A DNA stretch of 64,000 nt from Candidatus Thorarchaeota archaeon (GCA_029858305.1 JAOUFI010000006.1:1-64000), one strand, 5' to 3'. Shown: positions 17,494-27,794, counted from the stretch's first letter. Numbers and translations: made by a program. The notes: generated by a model from the letters alone, not told the origin.

Positions 17494-18099
17494 ATGACCC
17501 GTATGTCATATGGAACTATAAGTGGCAGTAAATGGGTTTCCATAACCGCCATCATGACTGCTCTTGCGCTTGTCGGCAATTATGCATTAGTTGCAGTCCC
17601 CAATCTAGAGCTAGGATCAACAGTTCTTTTTGTCACAGCGTATATCTTCGGAGCTCACATGGCAATCTGGTCAACTTTGATTATGTCGCTACTATTCGGT
17701 ATCATCAATCCATGGGGAGGTTTCATACCTCAGATTTGGGCGTCACAAGTCATAGGGTGGATCTACATTGTCACCATAGCTGCAATTATGGGAAGACATA
17801 GTAAAAGTGGCAAAAGGATAGAACCACGAAAATGGGAGCTAGCCATAACAGGAGCTTTTGTTACCTTCATATTCGAAGAAATCACTAACCTTGGTTATTC
17901 AATCACATTTGGAATACCATTCATTCTTGCAGCTACAGCAGCAATCCCATTTTCAGTCATTCACATCATCTCTAATACAGTGATTTTCTCGCAGGTCGTA
18001 CCAATGTTAAATTCAGCACTGAGAAACCAGCTCAAAGACCTTATCTGGAATACTGAATCAGAAGTAAAAGTCGATATGTTGGAGAGTGATTTAGCTTGA
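17494..18099 (+). CDS. ECF transporter S component (CbrT-like)
   Basis: AIMTALA, VPNLE, GFIP...SQ...W, HIISN; ~6 TM. Confidence 0.8.
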   Translation: MTRMSYGTISGSKWVSITAIMTALALVGNYALVAVPNLELGSTVLFVTAYIFGAHMAIWSTLIMSLLFGIINPWGGFIPQIWASQVIGWIYIVTIAAIMGRHSKSGKRIEPRKWELAITGAFVTFIFEEITNLGYSITFGIPFILAATAAIPFSVIHIISNTVIFSQVVPMLNSALRNQLKDLIWNTESEVKVDMLESDLA

Positions 18100-18725
18100 A
18101 TTGGAAAGAGGAGTTCATCCAATTATCTCAACCAGCTGATGGTAGAGTTGCTCCAGCCTTCAAACCACACCATGCCGCCGTTGCACTAATTCTCATTGGT
18201 CGAGAACAACCTCTTGGGAGATACGATCTCTGCGAAAAAATGTCTATTGGCGAGGGGAGTGTACGAACACTCATGAAACGCCTCTCAGAAGCGAATCTCA
18301 TTGAAGCAGAAGGAAAACAAGGTCAGACTTTAACTAAAAGTGGCCAAGCTCTGTTTGATAGAATTGCAAAAGATGTTCCAATAGGACTGGAACTGGATGT
18401 CAGACGACTTGTAATGTATGATTATGCATTTGCCAATCTAGTCAAAGGGCGAGCAAATAGAATCTCAGACGGAGTGAGACAAAGAGATGAGGCAATCATA
18501 CAAGGAGGCTATGGTCAAGCAGGAGCTACAACTCTCATTCACAAAGCAGGGAACCTCGTAATGCCACCCGACGATTTCAATATACTTCGGGTATATGAGG
18601 AGGAAACGATTCTTGTTGTAGAGAGTCTACGAACTGAAGATGGTGATGTCGTTGTAATTGGATCTGCAAATGAACAAAATCTAGCCCGAGAAGTTGCCAT
18701 GGCTGCAGTGATGACATTATTCTGA
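18096..18725 (+). CDS. wHTH + DUF4443-like protein, probable regulator
   Basis: QPLGRYDL...IGEGSVRTLMKRL; RQRDEAI..G...GATTLI; GDVVVIGSA. Confidence 0.75.
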   Translation: MNWKEEFIQLSQPADGRVAPAFKPHHAAVALILIGREQPLGRYDLCEKMSIGEGSVRTLMKRLSEANLIEAEGKQGQTLTKSGQALFDRIAKDVPIGLELDVRRLVMYDYAFANLVKGRANRISDGVRQRDEAIIQGGYGQAGATTLIHKAGNLVMPPDDFNILRVYEEETILVVESLRTEDGDVVVIGSANEQNLAREVAMAAVMTLF

Positions 18726-18736
18726 GGGATTTGCAG

Positions 18737-19576
18737 ATGCAGTCAGATCTTTTTGGTAATGTCCCCGAGATAGTAATTGATGTGCATGAAACTAGTGGAA
18801 AGAGAATCAACTCTGTAAAACATCTCATGTCCATGATGGATAAAGAAGGCATAAAATATACCATTGAGAAGATACCTATTGGGGACGTTCTTGGGACTGA
18901 TGGCATCGCAATAGAACGTAAGACAGTAAGTGATTTAGTAAATACTCTAAAGGGGAGTGCAGCTGGAGTTCCCCGATTTTCGAAACAAATGGACGCTCTT
19001 CTGCAATATGAGAAACCCTATGTGCTCATAGAGAATGTTCTTGCCATAAGAAGGGACCCGGTGAAAGGTTGTGTGTACATTCCCTTTAGCACAAAGCAGA
19101 CAAGAGGAAAGCCATATTTTGTCACAATGGAACGAGCCGCCTATATTCATCCCAATGCCCTTGACGCATTGATACAAAGTGTTAGGGATAAGGGCATTCA
19201 AGTATTGGAGGGGTATAACGCACTTCATTCAGCAGGGCTACTTTATGGTGTATTATTTGGTATTGAAGAACAGAGAAAGCAGAAAGGACAGCGGTTGCCA
19301 ATAGTACGGACTCGAAAAGGTCTTGATTCCATGAATGATGAACAAGAGTTTTTCATTGCGGGTTTTCCTGGTGTCAATGTCGTTCGAGCAAGAGACCTCC
19401 TAAAACGGTTCGGAACACCTCTTGAAGTAATCAATAAGACAGATGAATGGGGACAAATTGCTGGCATCGGCCCAAAAACGATTGCTACAGCAAAGAAGTT
19501 ACTATTCTCCAATTATAATTCAGAAGCGAATTCCACAGATAGTAACACTGTACAGAGAGGCACTGAAGAAGAATAA
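18737..19576 (+). CDS. Short XPF/ERCC4-domain nuclease with (HhH)2
   Basis: IVIDVHE, GDV, IERKTVSDL, GFPGVN...ARDLLKRFG, IAGIGPK. Confidence 0.88.
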   Translation: MQSDLFGNVPEIVIDVHETSGKRINSVKHLMSMMDKEGIKYTIEKIPIGDVLGTDGIAIERKTVSDLVNTLKGSAAGVPRFSKQMDALLQYEKPYVLIENVLAIRRDPVKGCVYIPFSTKQTRGKPYFVTMERAAYIHPNALDALIQSVRDKGIQVLEGYNALHSAGLLYGVLFGIEEQRKQKGQRLPIVRTRKGLDSMNDEQEFFIAGFPGVNVVRARDLLKRFGTPLEVINKTDEWGQIAGIGPKTIATAKKLLFSNYNSEANSTDSNTVQRGTEEE

Positions 19577-19646
19577 TGCCTTGACAAAAAGGTTAAATGA
19601 TGTCACTATTCTATGACCAGAGAATATATAGCTAAGGTGATAAGTA

Positions 19647-20735
19647 ATGGGAGACATCCGAGTAGCAATTGCAGGACTTGGAAACTGTGCTTCAGCACTC
19701 ATCCAGGGGACTCATTATTACCGCAACTCACGAGCAGAGGATGAGGTTCCAGGTCTCATGCATGTTGATTTTGGGGGCTATTTCCCGAAGGACCTGAAGT
19801 TTGTTGCAGCCTTCGAAGTTAATAGGAAAAAGATTGGTCTTGACATAGCCGATGCCATATGGGCGGAACCAAATTGTTGTGCTAAGTTCGCGCCAGATGT
19901 ACCAAAGATAGGAGTCAAAGTTCTTCCCGGCCCTATTTCAGATGGTGTAGCACCACACATGAGAGAGTCCTTCTTTGTCTATGATGAAAAGGAAATTGAA
20001 CCAGTTGATGTTGCAGAAGAACTCAGGAAAGCCAAGGCAGATGTTCTAGTAACATACTTGCCTGTTGGCAGTGCTCAAGGTACAAGAATCTATGCGCAAG
20101 GAGCATTGGATGCTGAGATAGGATATATCAATGCTATTCCAGAGTTCGTTGTTTCAGATCCGAAATCTCCAATCGTTCAGGGATTCGAGAGAAAAGGAAT
20201 CCCCTGCGCAGGCGATGATATAAAGAGCCAACTGGGTGCAACAATCCTCCACAGAGTTCTTGCTCAACTCTTCGATCAAAGAGGTCTGATTCTCGAAAAC
20301 ACATACCAGCTAAATATTGGTGGTAACACCGACTTTGAAAATATGCAAGTGGAAGATAGATTGAGCTCTAAGAGAATCAGCAAGACTGAAGCAGTGACAA
20401 GTTGTGTACACTATGAGCTTCCAACCAAGATTGGACCAAGCGATTATGTTCCATTTTTACAGGACAATAAGGTATGTTACATCAGTATGAGGTCCAGAGC
20501 ATTTGGTGACCTACCTCTTGATCTCGATCTTAAGCTCTCCGTGCAAGACTCACCAAATAGTGGTGGTGTCATCATCGATGTTGTAAGAGCAGTAAAAATA
20601 GCCATGGACCGTGGAATTGGTGGAGAACTCTCAAGTATAAGCTCGTATAGCTTCAAACACCCCAGATACCAAATCAACGATTTTGAAGCAAGAGTAAGAG
20701 TCGATGAGTTTATCGAGGGCAAAAGAGAACGTTAG
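19647..20735 (+). CDS. ino1: myo-inositol-1-phosphate synthase
   Basis: AGLGNCASALIQG, YLPVGS, GDDIKSQLGAT, YQLNIGGNTDF, SKRISKT, DSPNSGG. Confidence 0.96.
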   Translation: MGDIRVAIAGLGNCASALIQGTHYYRNSRAEDEVPGLMHVDFGGYFPKDLKFVAAFEVNRKKIGLDIADAIWAEPNCCAKFAPDVPKIGVKVLPGPISDGVAPHMRESFFVYDEKEIEPVDVAEELRKAKADVLVTYLPVGSAQGTRIYAQGALDAEIGYINAIPEFVVSDPKSPIVQGFERKGIPCAGDDIKSQLGATILHRVLAQLFDQRGLILENTYQLNIGGNTDFENMQVEDRLSSKRISKTEAVTSCVHYELPTKIGPSDYVPFLQDNKVCYISMRSRAFGDLPLDLDLKLSVQDSPNSGGVIIDVVRAVKIAMDRGIGGELSSISSYSFKHPRYQINDFEARVRVDEFIEGKRER

Positions 20736-20756
20736 TCGATAATCAATATAATAGTA

Positions 20757-20785
20757 AGCCAGCCTAGAAAAAACCTAGGCTGGTT
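20757..20785. terminator. Hairpin between convergent ino1 and M42 peptidase genes
   Basis: AGCCAGCCTAG-AAAAAAC-CTAGGCTGGTT. Confidence 0.5.
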
Positions 20786-20796
20786 TCACACTATGT

Positions 20797-21936
20797 TTAG
20801 ATGACAGTGAAGCTCGCTACTGCTTTTTCATCGAGTTTCTGCAGAACTTCAATCAAGAGTCTTACTGCGTTCTCCACATCTTCAAAATCAAGCATTCCAT
20901 GATGGGAGTGAATATACCTTGTTGGAATTCCTAAAAACAACGATGGTGCACCTATTCCAGCTAGGTGTATGCTACCTGCATCAGTACCTCCAGCTTTCAG
21001 GAATGCTGGCTGATGTGTGATGTCTTTCTCTTCAGCAATGTCCAACACAAACTTACGAAGTCTGGGATTAGGTATCATTGAACCATCTCCAGCAGATATT
21101 GATACACCTTTTCCCATCTTTTGTACAAGACCGTCTGAGTTTGGCGAATCTCCGGAGATATCAACATCTAGTGCAAATCCAATGTCAGGCTTTATCATCT
21201 GAGATGCAGTCTTTGCACCTCTCAGACCTACTTCTTCTTGGGTTGTTGACACAAAGTATACCTCATTGGGTAGAGAGATGTTCTCCTCAGAGATGCGTCG
21301 CAAAGCCTCAAGAACAATGAAAACGCCAATTCTATCATCAAATGCTTTTGCAACTCCAAGCATCACGTTGTGAATTTTTTCCTCGGTATCATTCTCTTCA
21401 TCTTTCTTTTCTTTACGTGTGCGCTTTATAGTTCGGAAAACTGCATGGGGAACTGCAGGGTCACCAACACGGATGCCAAGTTGTTTTACCTCATCAGCGG
21501 ACGAGCATCCTATGTCAATGTACATCTTTTCTTTGGTCACTACTTTGGCACGATCCTCAGGAGTCAGAATATGCGGGGGTGGTGCGCCAATAACACCAAT
21601 TATCTTCTCTCCGCCTTTATATGGACTAATGACTACTTCCTGTGTCAACAAGGTCTGGTCCCACCAACCACCAAGCTGGTGAAAGGACAGATAACCATCT
21701 TTCTTAATCTCGGTAATCACAAATCCAATTTCGTCTATATGCCCTGCAAGCATAATCTTCGGACCGCTATTTCCCTTCCTGAATATGACAGATCCAAGGC
21801 CATCATGAAGGACCTCGTCAGAGTATTTCTTGCCATAATCGTGAACAATCTTCTGCACTTCATGTTCATGCCCACTTGGACCGAACGCATTACAGAGGGA
21901 TTCTAAGAGTTTCAAATCAAGTTTTAGATTAGTCAT
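20797..21936 (-). CDS. M42 (TET) aminopeptidase
   Basis: GPSGHE, AGHIDEIG, KAFDDR, QEEVGLRGA, GGTDAG, RYIHSH. Confidence 0.93.
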   Translation of the reverse strand: MTNLKLDLKLLESLCNAFGPSGHEHEVQKIVHDYGKKYSDEVLHDGLGSVIFRKGNSGPKIMLAGHIDEIGFVITEIKKDGYLSFHQLGGWWDQTLLTQEVVISPYKGGEKIIGVIGAPPPHILTPEDRAKVVTKEKMYIDIGCSSADEVKQLGIRVGDPAVPHAVFRTIKRTRKEKKDEENDTEEKIHNVMLGVAKAFDDRIGVFIVLEALRRISEENISLPNEVYFVSTTQEEVGLRGAKTASQMIKPDIGFALDVDISGDSPNSDGLVQKMGKGVSISAGDGSMIPNPRLRKFVLDIAEEKDITHQPAFLKAGGTDAGSIHLAGIGAPSLFLGIPTRYIHSHHGMLDFEDVENAVRLLIEVLQKLDEKAVASFTVI

Positions 21937-22038
21937 AGGACTCACTTCAAATGCTGTTATTGATGATTTGGAACAATCTATCTCTCCTTTTGTCATTTTG
22001 GGAGGCGCATTGAAATACGTTAGAACAGAAAAAGGTGA

Positions 22039-22575
22039 TTATTGTAGTGTGTATTTAGCCAACATATAGAATGCGTTTTCTACATTTTGCCCCGATAGAG
22101 CACTGGTTTCCAAATAGCCCGATAGGGCATTTTCCTCAACAAACTGCAGCGCCATTTCTCTCGTAATTACTCGATGTTCAACCAAATCAACTTTGTTCGC
22201 TAGCAGGATGATAGGAATCCTTTCACCAAGAGCATCCTCAGTTTCTTGAATCCACTTTGGTAACTCGATCCATGTACTCTTTCTTGTACAGTCAAATAGA
22301 AGTAGAGCTCCTTTGCTTCCTCTATAATAGCTTCCACGAATGAAATCAAAACGCTGTTGTCCTGCTAAGTCCCAGACGAGAAGCTTGACAACAACATTGC
22401 GACCATTTGCAGTTTCAACCTCGACAGTCTTTACAGCAAATTGCGAACCGATAGTGACGATGTACTCTTCAGAGAACTTGTGGGTCAGGAAACGGTTGAC
22501 TAGTGCGGTCTTTCCACTACCTCCTGCTCCGATCATCACGACCTTCCGCATATAGTCGAAACCGCCACTACTCAA
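22039..22575 (-). CDS. Rab-like small GTPase
   Basis: GAGGSGKT, TIGSQF, KLLVWDLAGQQRF, YYRGS, NKVD, ETSA; no C-terminal Cys prenylation motif. Confidence 0.93.
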   Translation of the reverse strand: MSSGGFDYMRKVVMIGAGGSGKTALVNRFLTHKFSEEYIVTIGSQFAVKTVEVETANGRNVVVKLLVWDLAGQQRFDFIRGSYYRGSKGALLLFDCTRKSTWIELPKWIQETEDALGERIPIILLANKVDLVEHRVITREMALQFVEENALSGYLETSALSGQNVENAFYMLAKYTLQ

Positions 22576-22835
22576 GTGTTCACCTCACCCAATGATAGGA
22601 CCATATCTGCTCAAGGGCTATTATGGGACAATTCAGAATGTTGACTAGTCAGTTCCATCCTTTCGTGTCCTTATTCAAAGTTGGATTGACCGTATTTAGC
22701 CATTTCTGGGTTTAATGTCCTTGAGAAACATGAACTCAGAAGTTCAATGAGCAGAAGTTGGCGCGTTAATCATATTGAGTCGAATCAGTTTATATCGGGT
22801 AATAGTGGTTGCACCGCTGCTGTGAGGCACAAACA

Positions 22836-23021
22836 ATGCAACTAGTGACTGTAAAGATGAGTGATATCTACGTAAATGGACTTGACAAACTCGTGGAAAT
22901 TGGAATGTACCCATCAAGAAGTGAAGCAATTAGAGTGGCAATTAGAGACTTGTTGCGGCGTGAACTTTGGCCTGAAAATGGGAGCCCTCTTTTGAAAGAG
23001 AGTGATTCAGACAAGTCATAG
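22836..23021 (+). CDS. Ribbon-helix-helix (CopG/MetJ) regulator
   Basis: MQLVTVKM...LDKLVEIGMYPSRSEAIRVAIRDLL. Confidence 0.88.
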   Translation: MQLVTVKMSDIYVNGLDKLVEIGMYPSRSEAIRVAIRDLLRRELWPENGSPLLKESDSDKS

Positions 23022-23103
23022 CGATTATCTATGCCCACAATACACATTAGGAAACATATTAAGTTACAGTCACAATCACCTAGTTCAAAGGAGGATTAGT
23101 GGT

Positions 23104-23625
23104 TTGAACTTCAGAGTCTTCTTCAAGAGTTTCAAGTTCGCGTTCCGCGCCAAGAAACGAGTCATCCCATTCATGATAGTTTATGCCATACTGTTTATTG
23201 TGGTTTCAGATGGACTTGTATCATCTAATGCCGCATGGTACTTTCTGATGGCATTTATTGTATCAACATTTTATGCGCTCATCATCTCTCAATCGAGAAG
23301 ACGAGATATGTCAGTTTTCAAATGTATAGGTTGGCAGAATAATGATGTCTTGCTTGTCGTAATTGGGGAAGTAATGCTAGTTACCATTGCGTCATTCCTA
23401 ATTATGCTTCAAATCAGTTTCGAAGTCATTGGAATAATCACCTACTTCAGTATTGATCTGGGTGCGGGTACTTTCTTCCAAGCAGTACATGATTTTGTTG
23501 TCATTGAAGCAGCCCCATTATTCACATCGTTCTTCATAATTCTTGGACTGCAGATACCAGGTTTATTCATAGCTCAGCGAAGAGCCGTTTCTGTTCCACC
23601 AATGAAGGCACTTAGGGAGGAGTGA
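23104..23625 (+). CDS. FtsX-like ABC permease
   Basis: SRRRDMSVFKCIGW....V, PMKALREE; TTG start after GGAGGA. Confidence 0.8.
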   Translation: MNFRVFFKSFKFAFRAKKRVIPFMIVYAILFIVVSDGLVSSNAAWYFLMAFIVSTFYALIISQSRRRDMSVFKCIGWQNNDVLLVVIGEVMLVTIASFLIMLQISFEVIGIITYFSIDLGAGTFFQAVHDFVVIEAAPLFTSFFIILGLQIPGLFIAQRRAVSVPPMKALREE

Positions 23626-23629
23626 GAAG

Positions 23630-24307
23630 ATGGCACAACCAATTATCCAAGTTCAGGAAGTCAATAAGGAATACGGTAAAGGAAAGAACACTGTTGCTGC
23701 TCTTAAGGATGTCAAAATTGACATACAAGCAGGAGAATTCGTAGCAATTGTTGGCCCTAGTGGATGCGGTAAGAGCACACTGCTTCACGTTATGGCTGGT
23801 CTGGAGCAACCTACATCAGGAAGAATCCTTGTAGATGGAGTGGATGTCACGCTAATAAGTGAGAGAGATCTCCCAAAAGTCAGGATGCAAAAAATCGGAT
23901 TTGTGTTCCAATCCTTTTTGCTTATCGAGGACTTAACAGCGTATGAAAATGTAGAAGCAGTTCTTTGGCCGAGCTTTGACTACACAAAGGAGAAGCAAGA
24001 AGCAAAGACTTTGGAGGTGTTGCGAGAAGTCGACATGCTTGAACGACGCGACCACTTCCCCAGGCAAATGAGTGGTGGAGAGCAACAACGAATCGCAATT
24101 GCAAGAGCCTTGGTCAATAATCCACCCATTCTCTTTTGCGATGAACCAACTGGTAATCTTGACTCTAAGACTGGAGAGAATATCATGAAGATAATCGCTC
24201 AGCTCAACAGGGAGAAGAATATGACAGTGGTCTTGGTAACGCATAATGAAGACCTGGTGAAATTTGCGAAGAGAACCTTACATATGAGAGACGGAGTTGT
24301 CAGGTAG
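23630..24307 (+). CDS. ABC ATPase (LolD/MacB type)
   Basis: GPSGCGKS, MSGGEQQR, DEPTGNLD, VTH. Confidence 0.95.
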   Translation: MAQPIIQVQEVNKEYGKGKNTVAALKDVKIDIQAGEFVAIVGPSGCGKSTLLHVMAGLEQPTSGRILVDGVDVTLISERDLPKVRMQKIGFVFQSFLLIEDLTAYENVEAVLWPSFDYTKEKQEAKTLEVLREVDMLERRDHFPRQMSGGEQQRIAIARALVNNPPILFCDEPTGNLDSKTGENIMKIIAQLNREKNMTVVLVTHNEDLVKFAKRTLHMRDGVVR

Positions 24308-24340
24308 TAGATAATCTCTGCTTTCGGAGATAGATGGGCA

Positions 24341-25174
24341 ATGCAACCGGCAGATTGCCAAAAGCAAGAAGATCTAGCTGAGAAGCTTGCTGCTAGCGGT
24401 AGCAATGAAGATGCTATGGCACAATTCTTCAAAACAGCCAACTGTTGGAAGGCTTGGGAGGTATACTCAAAGGCAGCACAGGCTTATGAAAGAGCATACG
24501 AACATGGTATGTTATCTCAGCACTACGCAGAAGCTGCGGCAATCATGATAGAAGCTGGATTATCATGGATCAAACAAGGCGAGCATGATAAATTTGAAAT
24601 AAACTGTCAGATTGCTGCGGAAGCCTATGTGTCTGCGGCTGAAGAAGAGAAGGATTTGCTCTATCTTGTTGATGGTGCCTTCTGCGCAATCACTGGAGGC
24701 AATTTAGAATTTGCCCGAGAATTGATCAGTACTGTGAAAGAGGGATCAAAGGGAAAGCTGGATGAGTTGATTTTTGTTGCACTCATGCTAAGTGAGTATA
24801 GATTTGGTGATGCTGATCGCACTATTGAGTCAAAACTTGTCGATATAGTGGATATGAACAGACTTGCAAAGATTAGAAAATCCTTCGCACATGTGCTGGC
24901 CGGATTTGTGCGGTCTTCACTTGAGGCTGAAGCAGCTGTGACGATTGCTGGTTTGGAGGCAAGTACAGGTCTTGAATCGAAAAAATTGAAGAAACTTATC
25001 CAGAAAGGCATTCAAGAGGGATTGATTCCGGCCTATTTGGACGAGGACACTGATGAATTGGTGGTTGATTCTGACCGGTTTGATTTGTCAAGTCTCGAGT
25101 CACGAAAAGGACCAATAATGAGCAGAGATCTCAAGGATCCTGGAGCATGGGATATGGACCTCGAAGACGAATGA
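24341..25174 (+). CDS. SNAP-like helical repeats + PCI-like winged helix
   Basis: [19 protein letters not shown] repeats; C-terminal VTIAGL...[24 protein letters not shown] matches the PCI end pattern. Confidence 0.65.
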   Translation: MQPADCQKQEDLAEKLAASGSNEDAMAQFFKTANCWKAWEVYSKAAQAYERAYEHGMLSQHYAEAAAIMIEAGLSWIKQGEHDKFEINCQIAAEAYVSAAEEEKDLLYLVDGAFCAITGGNLEFARELISTVKEGSKGKLDELIFVALMLSEYRFGDADRTIESKLVDIVDMNRLAKIRKSFAHVLAGFVRSSLEAEAAVTIAGLEASTGLESKKLKKLIQKGIQEGLIPAYLDEDTDELVVDSDRFDLSSLESRKGPIMSRDLKDPGAWDMDLEDE

Positions 25175-25277
25175 CACAAAAATCATGAAAGAATATATGC
25201 AAAGTTGTGGACATCTCTTAGAAAACGTTTTTAGTACCATTGTTGAGTCTGACATTGCCGGCCGATAATACACACAG

Positions 25278-25502
25278 GTGGTTCTAATGGCTGAAGGGCT
25301 AAAATGGTTCCAGTGTCCGGTTTGTAAGGAGTCGATACACTGGAAAGTTCCTACAGATGAGCTGAAGAACGTGAAACGGTTCCCAGCTCCAGTTGTGATA
25401 AAACACAAGGACCACTATCTTGTCTGTTACCTAGACAGTCATCATCAACTCGCAGATACAGAGGTAGCTATTTCTTATATTGTAGGGAAATCTAAGGAGT
25501 AG
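25278..25502 (+). CDS. Small putative Zn-binding protein
   Basis: FQCPVC...H.DH...YLD; GGTG at start region. Confidence 0.7.
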   Translation: MVLMAEGLKWFQCPVCKESIHWKVPTDELKNVKRFPAPVVIKHKDHYLVCYLDSHHQLADTEVAISYIVGKSKE

Positions 25503-25512
25503 AATTCCCCAC

Positions 25513-26049
25513 CTAGTCTATGCCATTGTCCATTGCCCATTCTAGTACACGTGATGCCTGTGCACTTGCCATTCCCCATGATTTTAGATTAATGACTAGA
25601 TTCCTAATACCGGTGATCCAATCCTCTAACAACTCCTTAATTCTGAGGTGGATTGCGGAGTCGTCGGTCTCCTTATAGATAGGAAGAATCTTGTCGACCA
25701 GACTCTGCGATAGAACAAGAATAGTTTCCAAACGTGCTATCCATTCTTCTCGAGGGAGTCCAGTAAGAGTCTGTGCCACAGCAAGATGATAATCATACTG
25801 AGCTGTATAATAGCGTAGGCGCCACGAAAGGAATTCAACAAAGATTGTCTTGTGAGCTGTACTTGGTGCAGTCTTCATCAACAGGGTAAGAAAACGTTGT
25901 GTCATCTCATCAGCTGATTGACTAGCATCATAATAGAGTGCCATTGCTTGTTGATACTCTTCGCCGCTCAGACATTCGTCAGCGCGGCCAACCGCTTTTT
26001 TGAAGCGCTCAAGAAGCGCTCGCGTTTTGTTGCCTTCAATATCTTCCAA
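25513..26049 (-). CDS. Hypothetical all-helical protein
   Basis: 178-aa ORF preceded by GGAGGTGA. Confidence 0.75.
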   Translation of the reverse strand: MEDIEGNKTRALLERFKKAVGRADECLSGEEYQQAMALYYDASQSADEMTQRFLTLLMKTAPSTAHKTIFVEFLSWRLRYYTAQYDYHLAVAQTLTGLPREEWIARLETILVLSQSLVDKILPIYKETDDSAIHLRIKELLEDWITGIRNLVINLKSWGMASAQASRVLEWAMDNGID

Positions 26050-26226
26050 CCTGTTGTCACCTCCGTTGCACCATTTTACAAAGCCGAAGGATTTTTTCTA
26101 GAAATTTAATGCAATGTAATTGCTGCGCGAATATATACGTGTCAGTGATATTTACTTCGACTCAGATTCAAGTGTGAATGTCTTACACATCAATATGATG
26201 TTATGTAGTTTCTATTAAGAAGCATT

Positions 26227-27201
26227 TCATAGAGGAGGCATATGTTGAATCTTGTAATCTTCACTCGCCTGAGCCCATTTGAGAAACTCCTCGCTTGGGG
26301 AATCGTTCCTGTATAACTCAGCCCGCTCAGCCTCAAGACACCTGTTATCTTCACCAGCGAGTCCAGCCATCGAGATAGTTTTATTCCCAGATTCTGCAGC
26401 GACATTTAGCACCGGACACAACCAATCATTCCATTTCAGATCACGCATGATATGATGGTCGACTACAAGAATGGATATTGTTCTTGCAAGATTTGACAGG
26501 CAAAAGAGAGCAGATTGTAATTCATTTTTGCCCAGATTACTGAGATAGATTGGGGGACCTCCTATGATTGCCATCATTGGGTTCTGAGAAAGAATGTAGG
26601 AGAGACTATCCCGAGCTATCGGGCCTTGAATATCAGGTGCGAAAAGAATTCGCACTCCGTGGTACTCGATAGTTGTAGCAAGAACATAACCGAGGAAACT
26701 GCCCTCAGGACCATGAGGGAGAGGTTTCGAGTAGGTGATAATTGTGTCGCCGAATGTGAATTGTCTGCCATCCACCCATTGAAGTTCCTTAACCACGGAT
26801 TTGATGTCTTTCTGAAAGAAGAATGCTCTTCGCCTCTGAGATGAATTGATGTTCTCGCGATTGTCCTTCGCAAATACAACCTTGCCTATTAGGGCTTGTT
26901 TCCGTTCATCTTGCGTACTAAAGTTGTAGAGATAATTAGTAAATCCTGGTCGAACATGGTCATAATGATAATGGGAGATGGATATGATATCCGCTTCTTC
27001 CACAGAAGTGCGTATTCTTTCGAGTGAATCCTGCAGAGCCAAGTACTCAGCAGGATGTGGTTCAAGGTTATAGCGCTTGGCAAGCGCTGCAGATGGATCA
27101 AAGAGAATACTAACATCAGGTGTACGGATCAGTGTGCATAATGACCGAACACCAAGACTTTCAGCTGCAAGTGGAGATACCTCAATCCCATCAATGTTCA
27201 T
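26227..27201 (-). CDS. UPF0282 metallo-beta-lactamase-fold protein
   Basis: PLAAESLGVRS, ISHYHYDH, SQRRRA, PHG, DIQGP, DHHIMRD. Confidence 0.88.
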   Translation of the reverse strand: MNIDGIEVSPLAAESLGVRSLCTLIRTPDVSILFDPSAALAKRYNLEPHPAEYLALQDSLERIRTSVEEADIISISHYHYDHVRPGFTNYLYNFSTQDERKQALIGKVVFAKDNRENINSSQRRRAFFFQKDIKSVVKELQWVDGRQFTFGDTIITYSKPLPHGPEGSFLGYVLATTIEYHGVRILFAPDIQGPIARDSLSYILSQNPMMAIIGGPPIYLSNLGKNELQSALFCLSNLARTISILVVDHHIMRDLKWNDWLCPVLNVAAESGNKTISMAGLAGEDNRCLEAERAELYRNDSPSEEFLKWAQASEDYKIQHMPPL

Positions 27202-27706
27202 TTGCTATCACTCTGTAGTACGTTAGATGATACCCCTTTTCATCATGTAGAAGTTCTGCTTCATGCATTTGAGCCCCCCCACTCTTTTCTCGGAACCGTC
27301 TGAACATCTCAAAATCTGATGGTAAGAAGTGTGAACTATTCGAATCAATCTCTTCAGTTGTAAATAACGATAGAGTACCCTCATGATGATTCATTTTAAA
27401 ATCATCAACAATGGCATGTCCAACGAAAATTAGAAAATGCGCTGAGAGCGTTCCATCCCTATCCACAAGCCGTTCTGAAACAATTCCTCTATAATTGTAC
27501 GCTTGGACCTGCGTGGTCCCCGTTTCTTCAACGATTTCCCTTTTAGCAGCTGTTTGGATATGCTCACCTGTTATAATTTTACCACCAACAAGACTCCAAA
27601 GCCCCTCATAAGGTGGATTTCGACGTTTAAGGAAAATATAGCGGTCTTTGCACGATAGAATTGTTATTGCTATGGGTACCATCTTGGTCATTAGATTCAC
27701 CATCAT
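27191..27706 (-). CDS. NUDIX hydrolase
   Basis: KRRNPPYEGLWSLVGGK...AAKREIVEETG. Confidence 0.92.
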   Translation of the reverse strand: MMVNLMTKMVPIAITILSCKDRYIFLKRRNPPYEGLWSLVGGKIITGEHIQTAAKREIVEETGTTQVQAYNYRGIVSERLVDRDGTLSAHFLIFVGHAIVDDFKMNHHEGTLSLFTTEEIDSNSSHFLPSDFEMFRRFREKSGGAQMHEAELLHDEKGYHLTYYRVIANEH

Positions 27707-27794
27707 TTCGAGATAGCAAGAAAAAAGAACCTAATGTGGGCTTTAAACATAAGCACTCTACAGAAGGCTAACATTCTTAGGACATTCAGAAGAT

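Noticed and set aside
22576-22835. Scattered inverted repeats between the Rab-like and RHH genes
   Set aside because: Short, mutually competing pairings; divergent promoters suffice to explain the gap
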